Source of the DNA: Alphaproteobacteria bacterium
GTDB lineage: Bacteria > Pseudomonadota > Alphaproteobacteria > G965222575
Reading direction: 5' to 3'
DNA: 64,000 nt
Assembly: GCA_965222575.1 (NCBI GenBank)
Contig: OZ244958.1
Location: 224,001-288,000 of the forward strand
Both the position numbers and the translations under genes were made by a program. The first letter of the stretch is position 1. Each line of letters starts with the position of its first letter. The notes under the pieces are model-generated. The model was not told the origin of the DNA. It worked only from the letters and a program-made list of their open reading frames with translations, and did not search any database. Shown here one piece after another: positions 39,093 to 48,411 of this stretch.

Positions 39093-39151
39093 AACTATAT
39101 ACCCTCACTGTTTTTTCGTAAAAACCAACAGACCCTTTTTCATCAAAATCG

Positions 39152-39234
39152 TGCGGATGAGAGGAGTTGAACCTCCACGAAGTTGCCTTCACTAGCACCT
39201 GAAGCTAGCGCGTCTACCGTTTCGCCACATCCGC
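39152..39234 (-). tRNA. tRNA-Leu(CAG)
   Basis: Reverse complement GCGGATGTGGCGAAACGGTAGACGCGCTAGCTTCAGGTGCTAGTGAAGGCAACTTCGTGGAGGTTCAACTCCTCTCATCCGCA; long variable arm; CCA not encoded. Confidence 0.95.
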
Positions 39235-39323
39235 CCCCAGACTTCAACATGATTGTACTCCAACCTGCCCCCGAAAAAAAGTAAGACTTTCTCACAATGA
39301 CAAGACAGGACAGAAGTGTTACG

Positions 39324-40547
39324 TTAATAGCCTAAGAAAAAGAAAGCATACGCGACAATCACAGCAGGGATGAGGGTATAAAGCGTGGCAATGAGCGAGG
39401 CTTTAGGGGCAAAAGTCAGCGCTGGAATAAGAGCATCGCCGTCGTTACTGATGGCGTTGCCTAGTTGCGAGGAAAATGGCAAAACATCTTGGACATAGAG
39501 TTGCGTGAGAATAATTTGCGGCCCGCAGTTTGGAATAATACCAATAGCAATAGCAAGGAGAGGCAAAAACAGACCTGAAGTGACTTTTATCATGTGCCAA
39601 GGGATTTGGAAGTAGGTATCAGCAGCTTGGAAAATCGTAAAGATAACCATAGTCCAAAAGGCAACGAAATGCAGATGAGACACATTGGTACTCAGAGGAG
39701 AGATAGAGGAAAGTTTTCTGTGAGGTTTCCCATCAACGATGTTGCCATCGCAAGGGCTATCTAAGGGTCTCCAAAGAGAGAGTATAGAAGCGCCGCCGAG
39801 GGAGAAGGCTAGGAGAGCACCAATGAAGGCTAGGAGTTGGAAGGTTTTTTCTAGGAAAGGCTCTATAGGAAAAGAGAAAGCCTGTATGAGAGCAAAGGGG
39901 ATAATGACAAACAAGCATAGTAAAGACAGGCGGGAGAGGAATTTTGTCAGGGTAATGAGGGGTAAGGTTTTTTGCGGAGGGGTGGAAGAGGGCAGTGGTG
40001 AAGGGGAGCCTTTTTTATTTAAGGTTGGTTGCAAGAAGTCTTTACCATGAAGGGCTTCGATGAGATAGCCATAGAGTATCCCTGTGACAGTGCAAAGGAA
40101 GATAATCCAAAGGGCTTGGAGGGGTTTTTGTACGAGGAGAATAAAAGCGGCATCGCCCATGGTAGCAGTGAGTGTTGCAATGATAGCACTGAAGCGGACT
40201 TTACCGAAGGTGAATAGGCTCACCACCATAATAGGGCCGCCGCATCCTGGTAGGGCGCCGAGGAGACCACTTGAGACCAGTTGAAAATGCAGATTTCTCT
40301 GAATGAAGGTATCAATACGAAAGCCTGTTGCCCCATAGAGAAAGCGGAGCAAAAAAGAGACCATTGCCACAAAGCACACCACTTGCAGGTAAGCTTGAGT
40401 GAAGGCTTCAAAAAGAATACGCGGAAAAAACAAAGCGAAAAGAGCGGTTGCAACAAAAACAGCCGTGATGAGAGGCGACCGCCGCAGGATTGCTAAGAAA
40501 TCATACAGAAAAGGCAAGAAAGCATACTGTTGTTGTTGCGTTGTCAT
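39324..40547 (-). CDS. Putative manganese/heavy-metal transporter (10-TM family)
   Basis: GALPGCGG, ATMGDAAF, GIIPNCGPQI, GNAISNDGDAL.P. Confidence 0.8.
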   Translation of the reverse strand: MTTQQQQYAFLPFLYDFLAILRRSPLITAVFVATALFALFFPRILFEAFTQAYLQVVCFVAMVSFLLRFLYGATGFRIDTFIQRNLHFQLVSSGLLGALPGCGGPIMVVSLFTFGKVRFSAIIATLTATMGDAAFILLVQKPLQALWIIFLCTVTGILYGYLIEALHGKDFLQPTLNKKGSPSPLPSSTPPQKTLPLITLTKFLSRLSLLCLFVIIPFALIQAFSFPIEPFLEKTFQLLAFIGALLAFSLGGASILSLWRPLDSPCDGNIVDGKPHRKLSSISPLSTNVSHLHFVAFWTMVIFTIFQAADTYFQIPWHMIKVTSGLFLPLLAIAIGIIPNCGPQIILTQLYVQDVLPFSSQLGNAISNDGDALIPALTFAPKASLIATLYTLIPAVIVAYAFFFLGY

Positions 40548-40638
40548 TATTCCATCACAATAACAGATGACTTGCTCTTTATTTTCTCACAGCCCATTTA
40601 TCTTTCACACACATTCGAGTAGAGGTTGTTGTTTAGTT

Positions 40639-42591
40639 CTAATGAGAGGGGAGAGGGTAGGAGAGATAATCGCGCCATTTTGTGCTATGAACATAAAAAG
40701 CGATAGTTTTCAGGAGGGCGTTTTCATTAGGTGTTGAGAGGATATGGGTAGGGGTGTATTGGATGAAGGTTTTGCCGGGTTTGAGGACGGTAATGACGCG
40801 TCCATCGAAGAGAGCGAGTTTTTCAAAGGTTGAGAGGAGGATTTGCGATGAGTGTTCTTGTGAGAGGAGGTTTCGTCCATAGAATTGGCTTTGGTAGGAG
40901 AAGCCTAAAAGCGCGAGCAAAGTGGGTGCGACATCTATTTGGCTTGCGAGGACGTGATTGACAGCTGGGGTGATGAAGCCGGGGGCGAAGAAGAGGAGAG
41001 GGATATGGTAAGCGTCTAGTTGGATATCGTGTATACCGTTTGTTCTGGTGGCGTGGTCAGCTAGGATGACAAAGATGGTTTCAGAGAACCATGGTTGGGT
41101 TTTAGCGTGTTGGAGAAATTCTCCTAAGGCGTAGTCAGCATATTTGAATCCCGCCTCTTGTCCGCCGCCTTTAGGGGGAATACCGTCAAGGCCTTCTGGG
41201 AAGGTAAAAGGGGTGTGATTAGAGGTGGTCATGAGGACGTAGAAGAATTTTTGTCCTTTGCGGTGGGTATCAGTGAGGTGTTTAGAGGCTTTTCCATAAA
41301 GGTCTTGGTCGCACAAGCCCCAAGCATTTTCAAAGGAGCGTTCAGAGGGCGTAAAGTGGTTGATATCAATGATATGGTCGAAGCCGTGTTTTTGGAAGAA
41401 GGATTCCATGTTATCGAAGTGACCGTCTCCGCCATAGAAAAAGGCTGTAGCGTAGTCTCTTTCTTTGAAGAGGTGGGCGATAGACAGAAAGGATTTTGGA
41501 GGATTTTTTCTAATGACGGCAACACCGGGTGCGGGGGGGCGTGAGAGAATGACGGCTTCTAGGGCTCTTACCGTACGAATACCAGTGGCATAAGCCTGTG
41601 TAAAAGAGAGGGAGTCTTGTGCTAGGGCGTCAAGATTGGGGGTAAGATTCTTTGCATTACCGACTTGTTTCATGAAGCTTGTTCCTTGCCCCTCCATGAG
41701 AATAATCATGACATTTTTGTTTTCTTCTTTTTCTCTACCGTTGACCCATCGAGTGATATTATTGTGGTCTTTAGGATTGAGAAAGATATCGTTTTTGTTC
41801 CCGACAAGGGTTTTTAATTCGGGCAAGTTTTTATGTCCATAGCGTTGTATATACCATTTATCATACTGGATTTGTCTATGGCGCAGGTTAAATCCGAAGA
41901 CATAAAGGCCATTTTTCGCTACTTCATTGACGACTCTGTTATGGCTTACATCAAAAGGTTTTGGTATCCCCGCTAGAAACAAGGCTAACAGGCTGACACT
42001 GAGCACGCCCCAGACAGTTCTGCTTGGAAAAGGCAAAGGCGGCAGGGAAGCGGGGGGGCGGCGGTAACGGGAGAAAAAGAACGCTAAAAAAGCGGAAAAC
42101 AGGAGGACAATAAACGTGAGATACGGAGTATAAGGATAGGTTTGGATAATCTCAAGAGAGATTTCTTTGATATAAGCGAAATAATCCACAGCCACAAAGT
42201 TATAACGTGAATGGAACTGATACCAGAACAAAATTTCGCCTACACTCCCGAAGAAGAAAACAAACAAGGCCGCAAACAAGCAACAACAAGAAAAGATTTT
42301 CTCCACGCGGGAGTCTCTCATTTTACTAGGCAACAAGAGCAAATAAAAAGCCGTTGGCAAAAAGAGATAATAAAAAGCCGTAATGGTATCATAAATAAAG
42401 CCAACCCCTAGAACCAACGGCAGATGAGTGATTACCACCGTCCCTTGCACAGACTCCCAGATAAAAAAGAGCGCCCTGAGAAAGACACACACCCCAAAAA
42501 ATAAAAGCGTAGGAAAAAAGAGTCTTTGCTTAAGAAAAGAGAAAAAAAGCATAGGAATTACAACACCCACAAAATCGTTTTCATGGCACAA
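40639..42591 (-). CDS. LTA-synthase/phosphoglycerol-transferase family (TM domain + sulfatase-like domain)
   Basis: About five N-terminal TMs; NVMIILME, LTPNLD, catalytic Thr in RTVRALEA, TTSNH.PF, ADH, SQIDVAPTLL. Confidence 0.9.
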   Translation of the reverse strand: MCHENDFVGVVIPMLFFSFLKQRLFFPTLLFFGVCVFLRALFFIWESVQGTVVITHLPLVLGVGFIYDTITAFYYLFLPTAFYLLLLPSKMRDSRVEKIFSCCCLFAALFVFFFGSVGEILFWYQFHSRYNFVAVDYFAYIKEISLEIIQTYPYTPYLTFIVLLFSAFLAFFFSRYRRPPASLPPLPFPSRTVWGVLSVSLLALFLAGIPKPFDVSHNRVVNEVAKNGLYVFGFNLRHRQIQYDKWYIQRYGHKNLPELKTLVGNKNDIFLNPKDHNNITRWVNGREKEENKNVMIILMEGQGTSFMKQVGNAKNLTPNLDALAQDSLSFTQAYATGIRTVRALEAVILSRPPAPGVAVIRKNPPKSFLSIAHLFKERDYATAFFYGGDGHFDNMESFFQKHGFDHIIDINHFTPSERSFENAWGLCDQDLYGKASKHLTDTHRKGQKFFYVLMTTSNHTPFTFPEGLDGIPPKGGGQEAGFKYADYALGEFLQHAKTQPWFSETIFVILADHATRTNGIHDIQLDAYHIPLLFFAPGFITPAVNHVLASQIDVAPTLLALLGFSYQSQFYGRNLLSQEHSSQILLSTFEKLALFDGRVITVLKPGKTFIQYTPTHILSTPNENALLKTIAFYVHSTKWRDYLSYPLPSH

Positions 42592-43319
42592 GCAAGCACA
42601 AGCATGACAAACACATTATCATCGATTTTAAACCTCTCAGCATAATACTCAGCACTTCCACCGCAAAGGACAACAAAAACGCCCATCAGCAGCACCTGCT
42701 CTGTCCCCAAGTCCTCGCCTCGGTACCACTCCCACCAAGTCATCCCAACAACTTGTAAAAGACAAAAGGCACCAAATCCAAAGACACAAAAAGCTAGAAA
42801 GCCCACCAGAGTCTTGGAAAAATCTCCCTCCGCCAATGGGGAACTGCGCCTATACCACCTGCCCACAAGAGCAGCAGCACTATCACCAATAATCATAACA
42901 CAAAGGCTCGTAGACGCAACCCCTTTTGAAAAAAAACCAACACACAAAACAACCCCCAAAAGCACATACACACCCCCTGTAAAAACTCTATAGCCCGTCT
43001 GTACACACTCCTCGGCACGCAAAAGAGAACCAAAAAATCCATGATAAACCCTGTCCACTACCCCACCCCTATGCCGTAACACCTCCACCACAACCAACCC
43101 AACTAACAAAGACCCAAAAAGCCATAAGCTAAACCCCCTAGAACACAAAGCCACCACAGGAACCATCCAAAGCGACGACAGATGAATGCCCTTGCGTAAC
43201 ACCTCAGACCCATAAGAAATAGGAACCCCCTCCCTCATCACTACTACCCTCCTCACATACCCTTTAACTTCTGTCCAAACTCCTCCCCCACCCTCTTGCC
43301 CGTGATACCCGAAGGACAC
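42558..43319 (-). CDS. SEC59/Dgk1/phytol-kinase-like CTP-dependent membrane kinase
   Basis: EVLRKGIH, LLR..E, GDSAAALVG, KT..G, IDDN; true start probably internal (MREGVP). Confidence 0.82.
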   Translation of the reverse strand: MSFGYHGQEGGGGVWTEVKGYVRRVVVMREGVPISYGSEVLRKGIHLSSLWMVPVVALCSRGFSLWLFGSLLVGLVVVEVLRHRGGVVDRVYHGFFGSLLRAEECVQTGYRVFTGGVYVLLGVVLCVGFFSKGVASTSLCVMIIGDSAAALVGRWYRRSSPLAEGDFSKTLVGFLAFCVFGFGAFCLLQVVGMTWWEWYRGEDLGTEQVLLMGVFVVLCGGSAEYYAERFKIDDNVFVMLVLACAMKTILWVL

Positions 43320-43627
43320 GCCCTCTCCATAGATTATGCCATATGCCCTTGAACATCAAGAGAACTAGCACCCCTCTTGCCCGTGATGCGGAAGGGTACT
43401 AGCCATCTTCATGGTTATGCCATATGCCCTTGAATATCAAGGGAAAGTTCCACCCCTTTTTCGTACAATACTAACTGCCTCCCTCATCCCCCACCTAGCA
43501 ACTCTTGCCCGTGATGCGGAAAGGTACTAGCCATCTTCATGGTTATGCCATATGCCCTTGAATATCAAGGGAAAGTTAACCCCTTTTTCGTACAATACTA
43601 ACGCCTGAGAGAGGGTTATAGAGAGAA
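43293..43627. repeat. Three imperfect tandem copies of an 80-130 bp element
   Basis: CTCTTGCCCGTGAT..GGTACTAGCCATCTTCATGGTTATGCCATATGCCCTTGAATATCAAGGGAAAGTT..CCCCTTTTTCGTACAATACT starting at 43293 (degenerate), 43374 and 43502; pieces recur at about 43790-44003. Confidence 0.9.
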
Positions 43628-43879
43628 AGAAAACACCGCTTTTCATATACTTGCTAACTTTGACTCATTGAGTAGAAAATTATTGCCTTGTTTCAAAATG
43701 GTGTATAATATTCTAAATCCAGGCAAACCACCCTCCTTTGTAGAATTAATGACTCCAAATGACCGTGTGCTGAAGATTGGTTGGGAAGCGGTACTAGCCA
43801 TGCTGGTATGAGACAAAAAACCTCAGGGGAGAGGTGACGGTATGAATTTGGCCAGAGATAGCCATGATGAGAGTAAACT

Positions 43880-44500
43880 TGATACATTACAGAACTGTTA
43901 TTTGTTGGGTGATGCCATATGACTTTCTCAAAAATTGAATATCAAGGGAAAGTTCCACCCCTTTTTCGTACAATACTGGAAAAACTGCCTCCCTCATCCC
44001 CCAACTTGCCGGAAGATGATTCATTGAATGCAGAGGTCATTTATTGAAGCGGCATTGGAATGCGTTACGATATGGGGTCGTTCTCTTAACATAGGACGGA
44101 AGATAAAAAACCTACATGAAGACAGGCGAGAACTAATAATTGCAAATTTTCCTGTAAGACAACTTGTAATATGGAATCGCGGAAGCACGTTCCACCCCGT
44201 CTATATTGCCGCCAATATATGAACTTATTTACATTATTGCGGGCAGGAACTGGCGATCCCAATCAAATATCTTGCTGAATTTCGATATTGGGGAGATGTC
44301 TGGCGCATCAATCCCGAAATGAGAAATCTACACCCGGCACCATGCCCATTTGAACTGGCGATCAAGGGAATAGATGGGCCACCCCTTTTGCCGTACAATA
44401 CTGGGCTTGCCTGCCCTCATAGGAGTGCCATTCTATCTGAACGATCTTTCCCCCGAGTACAGGGAAATGTTTTATCGGAAAAGGAATATCTTAAACCAAT
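43880..44500 (+). pseudogene. Frameshifted N4/N6 (beta-class) DNA methyltransferase remnant
   Basis: Fragments in changing frames: LLGDAI, SYNTGK (degenerate SPPYN), FPVRQLVIWNRGS, YELIYII, GDVWRINPEMRNLHPAPCPFELA, LSPEYREM, in the order expected for N6_N4 methylases. Confidence 0.72.
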
Positions 44501-44997
44501 CTTTTATGCAATCTTTGATAGCCTCTCACTTATGCCTTTCCTGTAGAAATATCATTGTGATCTGCTCGCTAAAGTACAATAAACCAGCCTCATGATTTTG
44601 TCAAGGGAATGATGGATGTCTATAATAATCTTGATTGCCGGACTCTGTACATGGGAGGTATTTTGAATACGTAATCGGGGAGACTTTAGCAAAGGGGATT
44701 CGCCATTTATATTACCAAGCTGAGGTTTTGCATGTGCCATTGGCGACTTGACTGGTTTTTATACCATGAAACAAGCCCTGTTTCTGTCTCGTAAAACTAG
44801 GCTCGTGATAGATGGAAACAGGCAGCTTATGAAGCCATGGCATTGAAGAAGGTTTATGTCCAAGCCACCAATTACTTGGTGACTATGGAAGAGTTAAGTG
44901 CAACCGATAATAAGAAAACATCAGCACCGCAGACAATAGACTATTTCTTGGTCGCTACTAAATCTGAATATAGCGAGGCTTTGGAAGACATGCCAAA

Positions 44998-45059
44998 CAA
45001 GGGAAAGTTAACCCCTTTTTCGTACAATACTAACGCCTGAGAGAGGGTTATAGAGAGAA
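44998..45059. repeat. Exact 62-bp direct repeat of 43566-43627
   Basis: CAAGGGAAAGTTAACCCCTTTTTCGTACAATACTAACGCCTGAGAGAGGGTTATAGAGAGAA at both positions. Confidence 0.93.
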
Positions 45060-45107
45060 CCCCCCCCCCCGCACTTTTAGGGTAGTGTTACTCCTCTAGT
45101 AGCGGTA

Positions 45108-46085
45108 TCAAAGAGCCTTCTCTTGGAGGAATTTTTGTGCTTCCAAAGCAGCTTGACAGCCTAAAGCAGCAGCAGTCACAGCTTGCCTATAGACCTTATC
45201 CGTCACATCGCCAGCAGCGAAAATCCCTTCTACAGGAGTCTTAGGAGAGCCCGGCTCTACCACAAGATAGCCATCCTCATCCATAGGAAGTTTTCCCTTG
45301 AACAAATCAGTTTGAGGAATATGCCCTATCATGACAAAAGCCCCGTCTGTGGAGAGAGAGTGCGTTTTCGAAGTTTTGACCTGTTGACAAGAAACAGCGG
45401 CAAGAGTTTTGTCTCCTAAGAATTCCCTCACCACTGTATCCCAAAGAAAAGAAATATTCTGCTGTTTCCACAATCTATCTTGGAGAATTTTTTCAGCCCG
45501 TAAGGTAGCACGTCTGTGTATTAGGACAACTTCTCTACAGACCTTAGAAAGGTGCAAAGCCCCCTCCACAGCAGAATTTCCACCGCCAATAACACAGACC
45601 TTTTGACCCTTGAAAAAGAATCCATCACAAGTCGCACAAGAGCTTATGCCAGCCCCTTTGAATTTTTCTTCCGACGGCAGTCCGAGCCATCGCGTTTTCG
45701 CTCCCGTAGCAATAATGACAGTGTTGGCATGATATTCCTTGTGATTCTCTGTTTGACACCTAAAAGGGGGTTGCAGTGCTAGTGTGGGTGAGAGGTCAAG
45801 ATGAGTAAGAGCATCATCTTCAAGAATAACCCCAACACGGCGCGCTTGTTTTTCCATAGCAAGCATTAACGCAGGCCCAGAAATAACCTCCTCAAAGCCG
45901 GGATAATTCTCAACCTCCTCCGTAATGGTAAGCTGTCCCCCAGGAGACAATCCCTTCAAAACAACAGGCTCCAAGCCCGCACGCGCCGCATAAATAGCAG
46001 CCGTATACCCCGCCGACCCAGACCCCACAATCAAACAGTCCGTCTCAATAAAACCCCCCCCACTACCTAATACTTGTTTCATCAT
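45108..46085 (-). CDS. trxB: Thioredoxin reductase
   Basis: GGQL..T.EVENYPG, CATCDG, GGGNSA, YRQAVTAA. Confidence 0.97.
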   Translation of the reverse strand: MMKQVLGSGGGFIETDCLIVGSGSAGYTAAIYAARAGLEPVVLKGLSPGGQLTITEEVENYPGFEEVISGPALMLAMEKQARRVGVILEDDALTHLDLSPTLALQPPFRCQTENHKEYHANTVIIATGAKTRWLGLPSEEKFKGAGISSCATCDGFFFKGQKVCVIGGGNSAVEGALHLSKVCREVVLIHRRATLRAEKILQDRLWKQQNISFLWDTVVREFLGDKTLAAVSCQQVKTSKTHSLSTDGAFVMIGHIPQTDLFKGKLPMDEDGYLVVEPGSPKTPVEGIFAAGDVTDKVYRQAVTAAALGCQAALEAQKFLQEKAL

Positions 46086-46183
46086 ACCCTTTCACCATAA
46101 GACAATACCCCCCTATACAAAAAAGTTCTTACTACAAAATGCTAGGTCTTTCAAGCGTGTCCCTCATCAAAATGCGCGAACCC

Positions 46184-46813
46184 TTAACTGTGCGCAACCT
46201 GTACCGAAAGACAATGCGGTTTTAAGCCAATTTTTTTCAAGACCTTTTCCCACCGACAAGAAGGGTCTTTATCAAACAAAATATCAGGGTCAGCCGGACA
46301 ATGTAACCACCCATTTTGTTGTAGCTCAGCCTCTAATTGCCCCCCAGCCCAGCCCGCATAGCCTAGCGCAATGAAAATTTTCGCCTTTTTTTGATTGAGA
46401 ACTCTCGATAAAATCCCCGAAACCCAAGTGTCAGTCTCAAAATCCGCCTCCGGTGGATCCCCGCAATCATCTTGTTCATCGCTCGCACTACACTTAATCT
46501 TTCTCTTAATCAAATTGCTCTGTAGCAAAAACCCCTTTCTGGTATCTACCGGTCCGCCTAAATATACACAGGTCTTACAAGCCTTTTTATCAGGCTCAAT
46601 ACCCATCTGTAAGAGAATATCCCCTAAGTTCACCCCCTCTAAAGGCTTGTTAATGATAAAGCCTACAGCTCCTTCCGTAAGAGAATGAGAGTAAATAAAA
46701 ATGACAGACTGCCGAAAGCGAATATCACGCATGAAAGGGGTCGCCACCAAAAAATGTCCTTCTAAAAATCCTCTAGGCATCAATTCATTCTGTGTGCATT
46801 TGTCTTGTACCAT
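46184..46813 (-). CDS. YqgE/AlgH family protein
   Basis: LVATP.M.D.RF..SVI, GFIINKP, GGPV, LGYAGW..GQLE.EL..N.WL. Confidence 0.93.
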   Translation of the reverse strand: MVQDKCTQNELMPRGFLEGHFLVATPFMRDIRFRQSVIFIYSHSLTEGAVGFIINKPLEGVNLGDILLQMGIEPDKKACKTCVYLGGPVDTRKGFLLQSNLIKRKIKCSASDEQDDCGDPPEADFETDTWVSGILSRVLNQKKAKIFIALGYAGWAGGQLEAELQQNGWLHCPADPDILFDKDPSCRWEKVLKKIGLKPHCLSVQVAHS

Positions 46814-46884
46814 ACAAAAAATATCCTTCTAAAAATCCTCTAGGCATCAATTCATTCTGTGTGCATTTGTCTTGTACCATACAA
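46748..46884. repeat. 67-bp tandem duplication of the 5' end of the YqgE/AlgH gene
   Basis: Copies start at 46748 and 46815, one mismatch. Confidence 0.93.
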
Positions 46885-47001
46885 GAAAAAGATTGATGGT
46901 TTATTATGTCATACTATTACGGATTTTGCTAATAAAATTGGTTTTATAGCACAAGGATGTGGTACCCTAGAGAGAAGTAGTAAGGGGTTCTTGAGTGTAA
47001 A

Positions 47002-47475
47002 ATGCCAAAGATAATGAAAAAAAGAGACACAGTTTTAGTGGTGATAGACAATACTCAAGAGTGTATGGTAGCACTGGAGTTTGGCGCTAGTCACGTGTGG
47101 CGCTATGGCGGAAAACTCGCCCTCCTCACCATTATGCCCGTTCCCTCTATCTATCAGTGGTCTTTTATAGCGAAAGAAATGAAGTTAGAAAAACTTGAAG
47201 AGGCTAGAAAAAAACTATTCCCCATCAGCAAAGATATACAAGCACGTTACGGCATAGGCGTTCAAACCATCATTAAAGTCGGATACAAGAAAAAGGAGGT
47301 GATGAAAATTCTGCATACCAACCCCTCCATTAGTCGCTTGATACTAGGAGCAGCAGTAGGCAAAAATCCCGGTGAACTCATACAGTACCTCACCAAACGC
47401 ACAGCACTTATTCATACCCCCATTATGGTGATACCCGCTAACATCACCCCCGAGGAAGTGGAGCAGTTTGTCTAA
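47002..47475 (+). CDS. Universal stress protein family
   Basis: LVVIDNT.EC.VAL.F, LILGAA....PG.L, PIMVIP. Confidence 0.85.
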   Translation: MPKIMKKRDTVLVVIDNTQECMVALEFGASHVWRYGGKLALLTIMPVPSIYQWSFIAKEMKLEKLEEARKKLFPISKDIQARYGIGVQTIIKVGYKKKEVMKILHTNPSISRLILGAAVGKNPGELIQYLTKRTALIHTPIMVIPANITPEEVEQFV

Positions 47476-47563
47476 TAAGCTCTAAAAATCCCCCGTTCAT
47501 GAGTGCCCGCCAACACGCAATGCAACCCCCTAGGGGGCAACCCCTCCCCCTTTAGCCAATCCC

Positions 47564-48289
47564 TTACGGAAGAGGAGGAGGAAAGAGGGCATCATCATCA
47601 CCATCAACCTTAAAATCCAATGCGCCTAGTAATTTCGAGACATCTTTAATATTATGCTTTGTTCTGTAAGCAAAAAACTTCAACGGGTCACTCACTGTTA
47701 ACTTTCCATAAACTTTGATTGTCACTACGGAACCTTGAATTGCCAAATCAAAAGCCGACTGGGTTGTGTGTTCAATACCAGAGATCAGTTCATATCTAAG
47801 CCCTATCACCGGCGTTACATGGGGATTAAAAACGAGTGGATTGTAGCCGTAAGCAATACCGTGAGCCGTACCACCCCTCAAGTGTAGTCTAGCGTTGGCT
47901 AGCGTGCCGCCATCAAACTTAAACTCTAACGCCACCCCTGCCTCTTCCAAATCAAGAAGCCCCTCCCTATACGAAACCTTTATATATACTGATTCTATCC
48001 CCCATAGGCGGAGAATTGGATGTTGATACCCCGGTGTAATTGTGAATTCCCCTACCTGTGCAAAAGACCCGTAAGGAGTGGCATTCTCACATTCTGTGGT
48101 GTCATCCTCCTTTAAGTCACACTCAATATTTTCCCCTTGATTCAGTTGTATCGGGGTCACAGTATAAGCCCCAAAGTTTAGGTGTGTATCTACTGTAATC
48201 TCAGGCTCCACTGCTAAGAGGAGTTGCCCTCCTAAGAGGAAACCTCCTATGGCAAGGCAACTGATAGAGATTTTGAAAGACTTCTTCAT
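47564..48289 (-). CDS. Secreted beta-rich protein, paralogue A (possibly DUF4402/pilin-like)
   Basis: Signal peptide; ITV...LNFG, Cys pair, IKVYGKL.V; shares identical blocks with 48412-49149. Confidence 0.65.
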   Translation of the reverse strand: MKKSFKISISCLAIGGFLLGGQLLLAVEPEITVDTHLNFGAYTVTPIQLNQGENIECDLKEDDTTECENATPYGSFAQVGEFTITPGYQHPILRLWGIESVYIKVSYREGLLDLEEAGVALEFKFDGGTLANARLHLRGGTAHGIAYGYNPLVFNPHVTPVIGLRYELISGIEHTTQSAFDLAIQGSVVTIKVYGKLTVSDPLKFFAYRTKHNIKDVSKLLGALDFKVDGDDDALFPPPLP

Positions 48290-48333
48290 CTACAAGCTCC
48301 TGTAGTTATTTATAGACGGGTTGGGTTGCCTAT

Positions 48334-48362
48334 ATAATAGGACTCTTCAAGCCCTTTGTCAA
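48334..48362 (-). promoter_or_regulatory. Sigma70-type promoter of paralogue A
   Basis: TTGACA-17 nt-TATTAT. Confidence 0.72.
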
Positions 48363-48411
48363 GACCCCCTAGGGGTTTTTTTCCCCCTAAGGGGTTCCCC
48401 TAGCCAATCCC

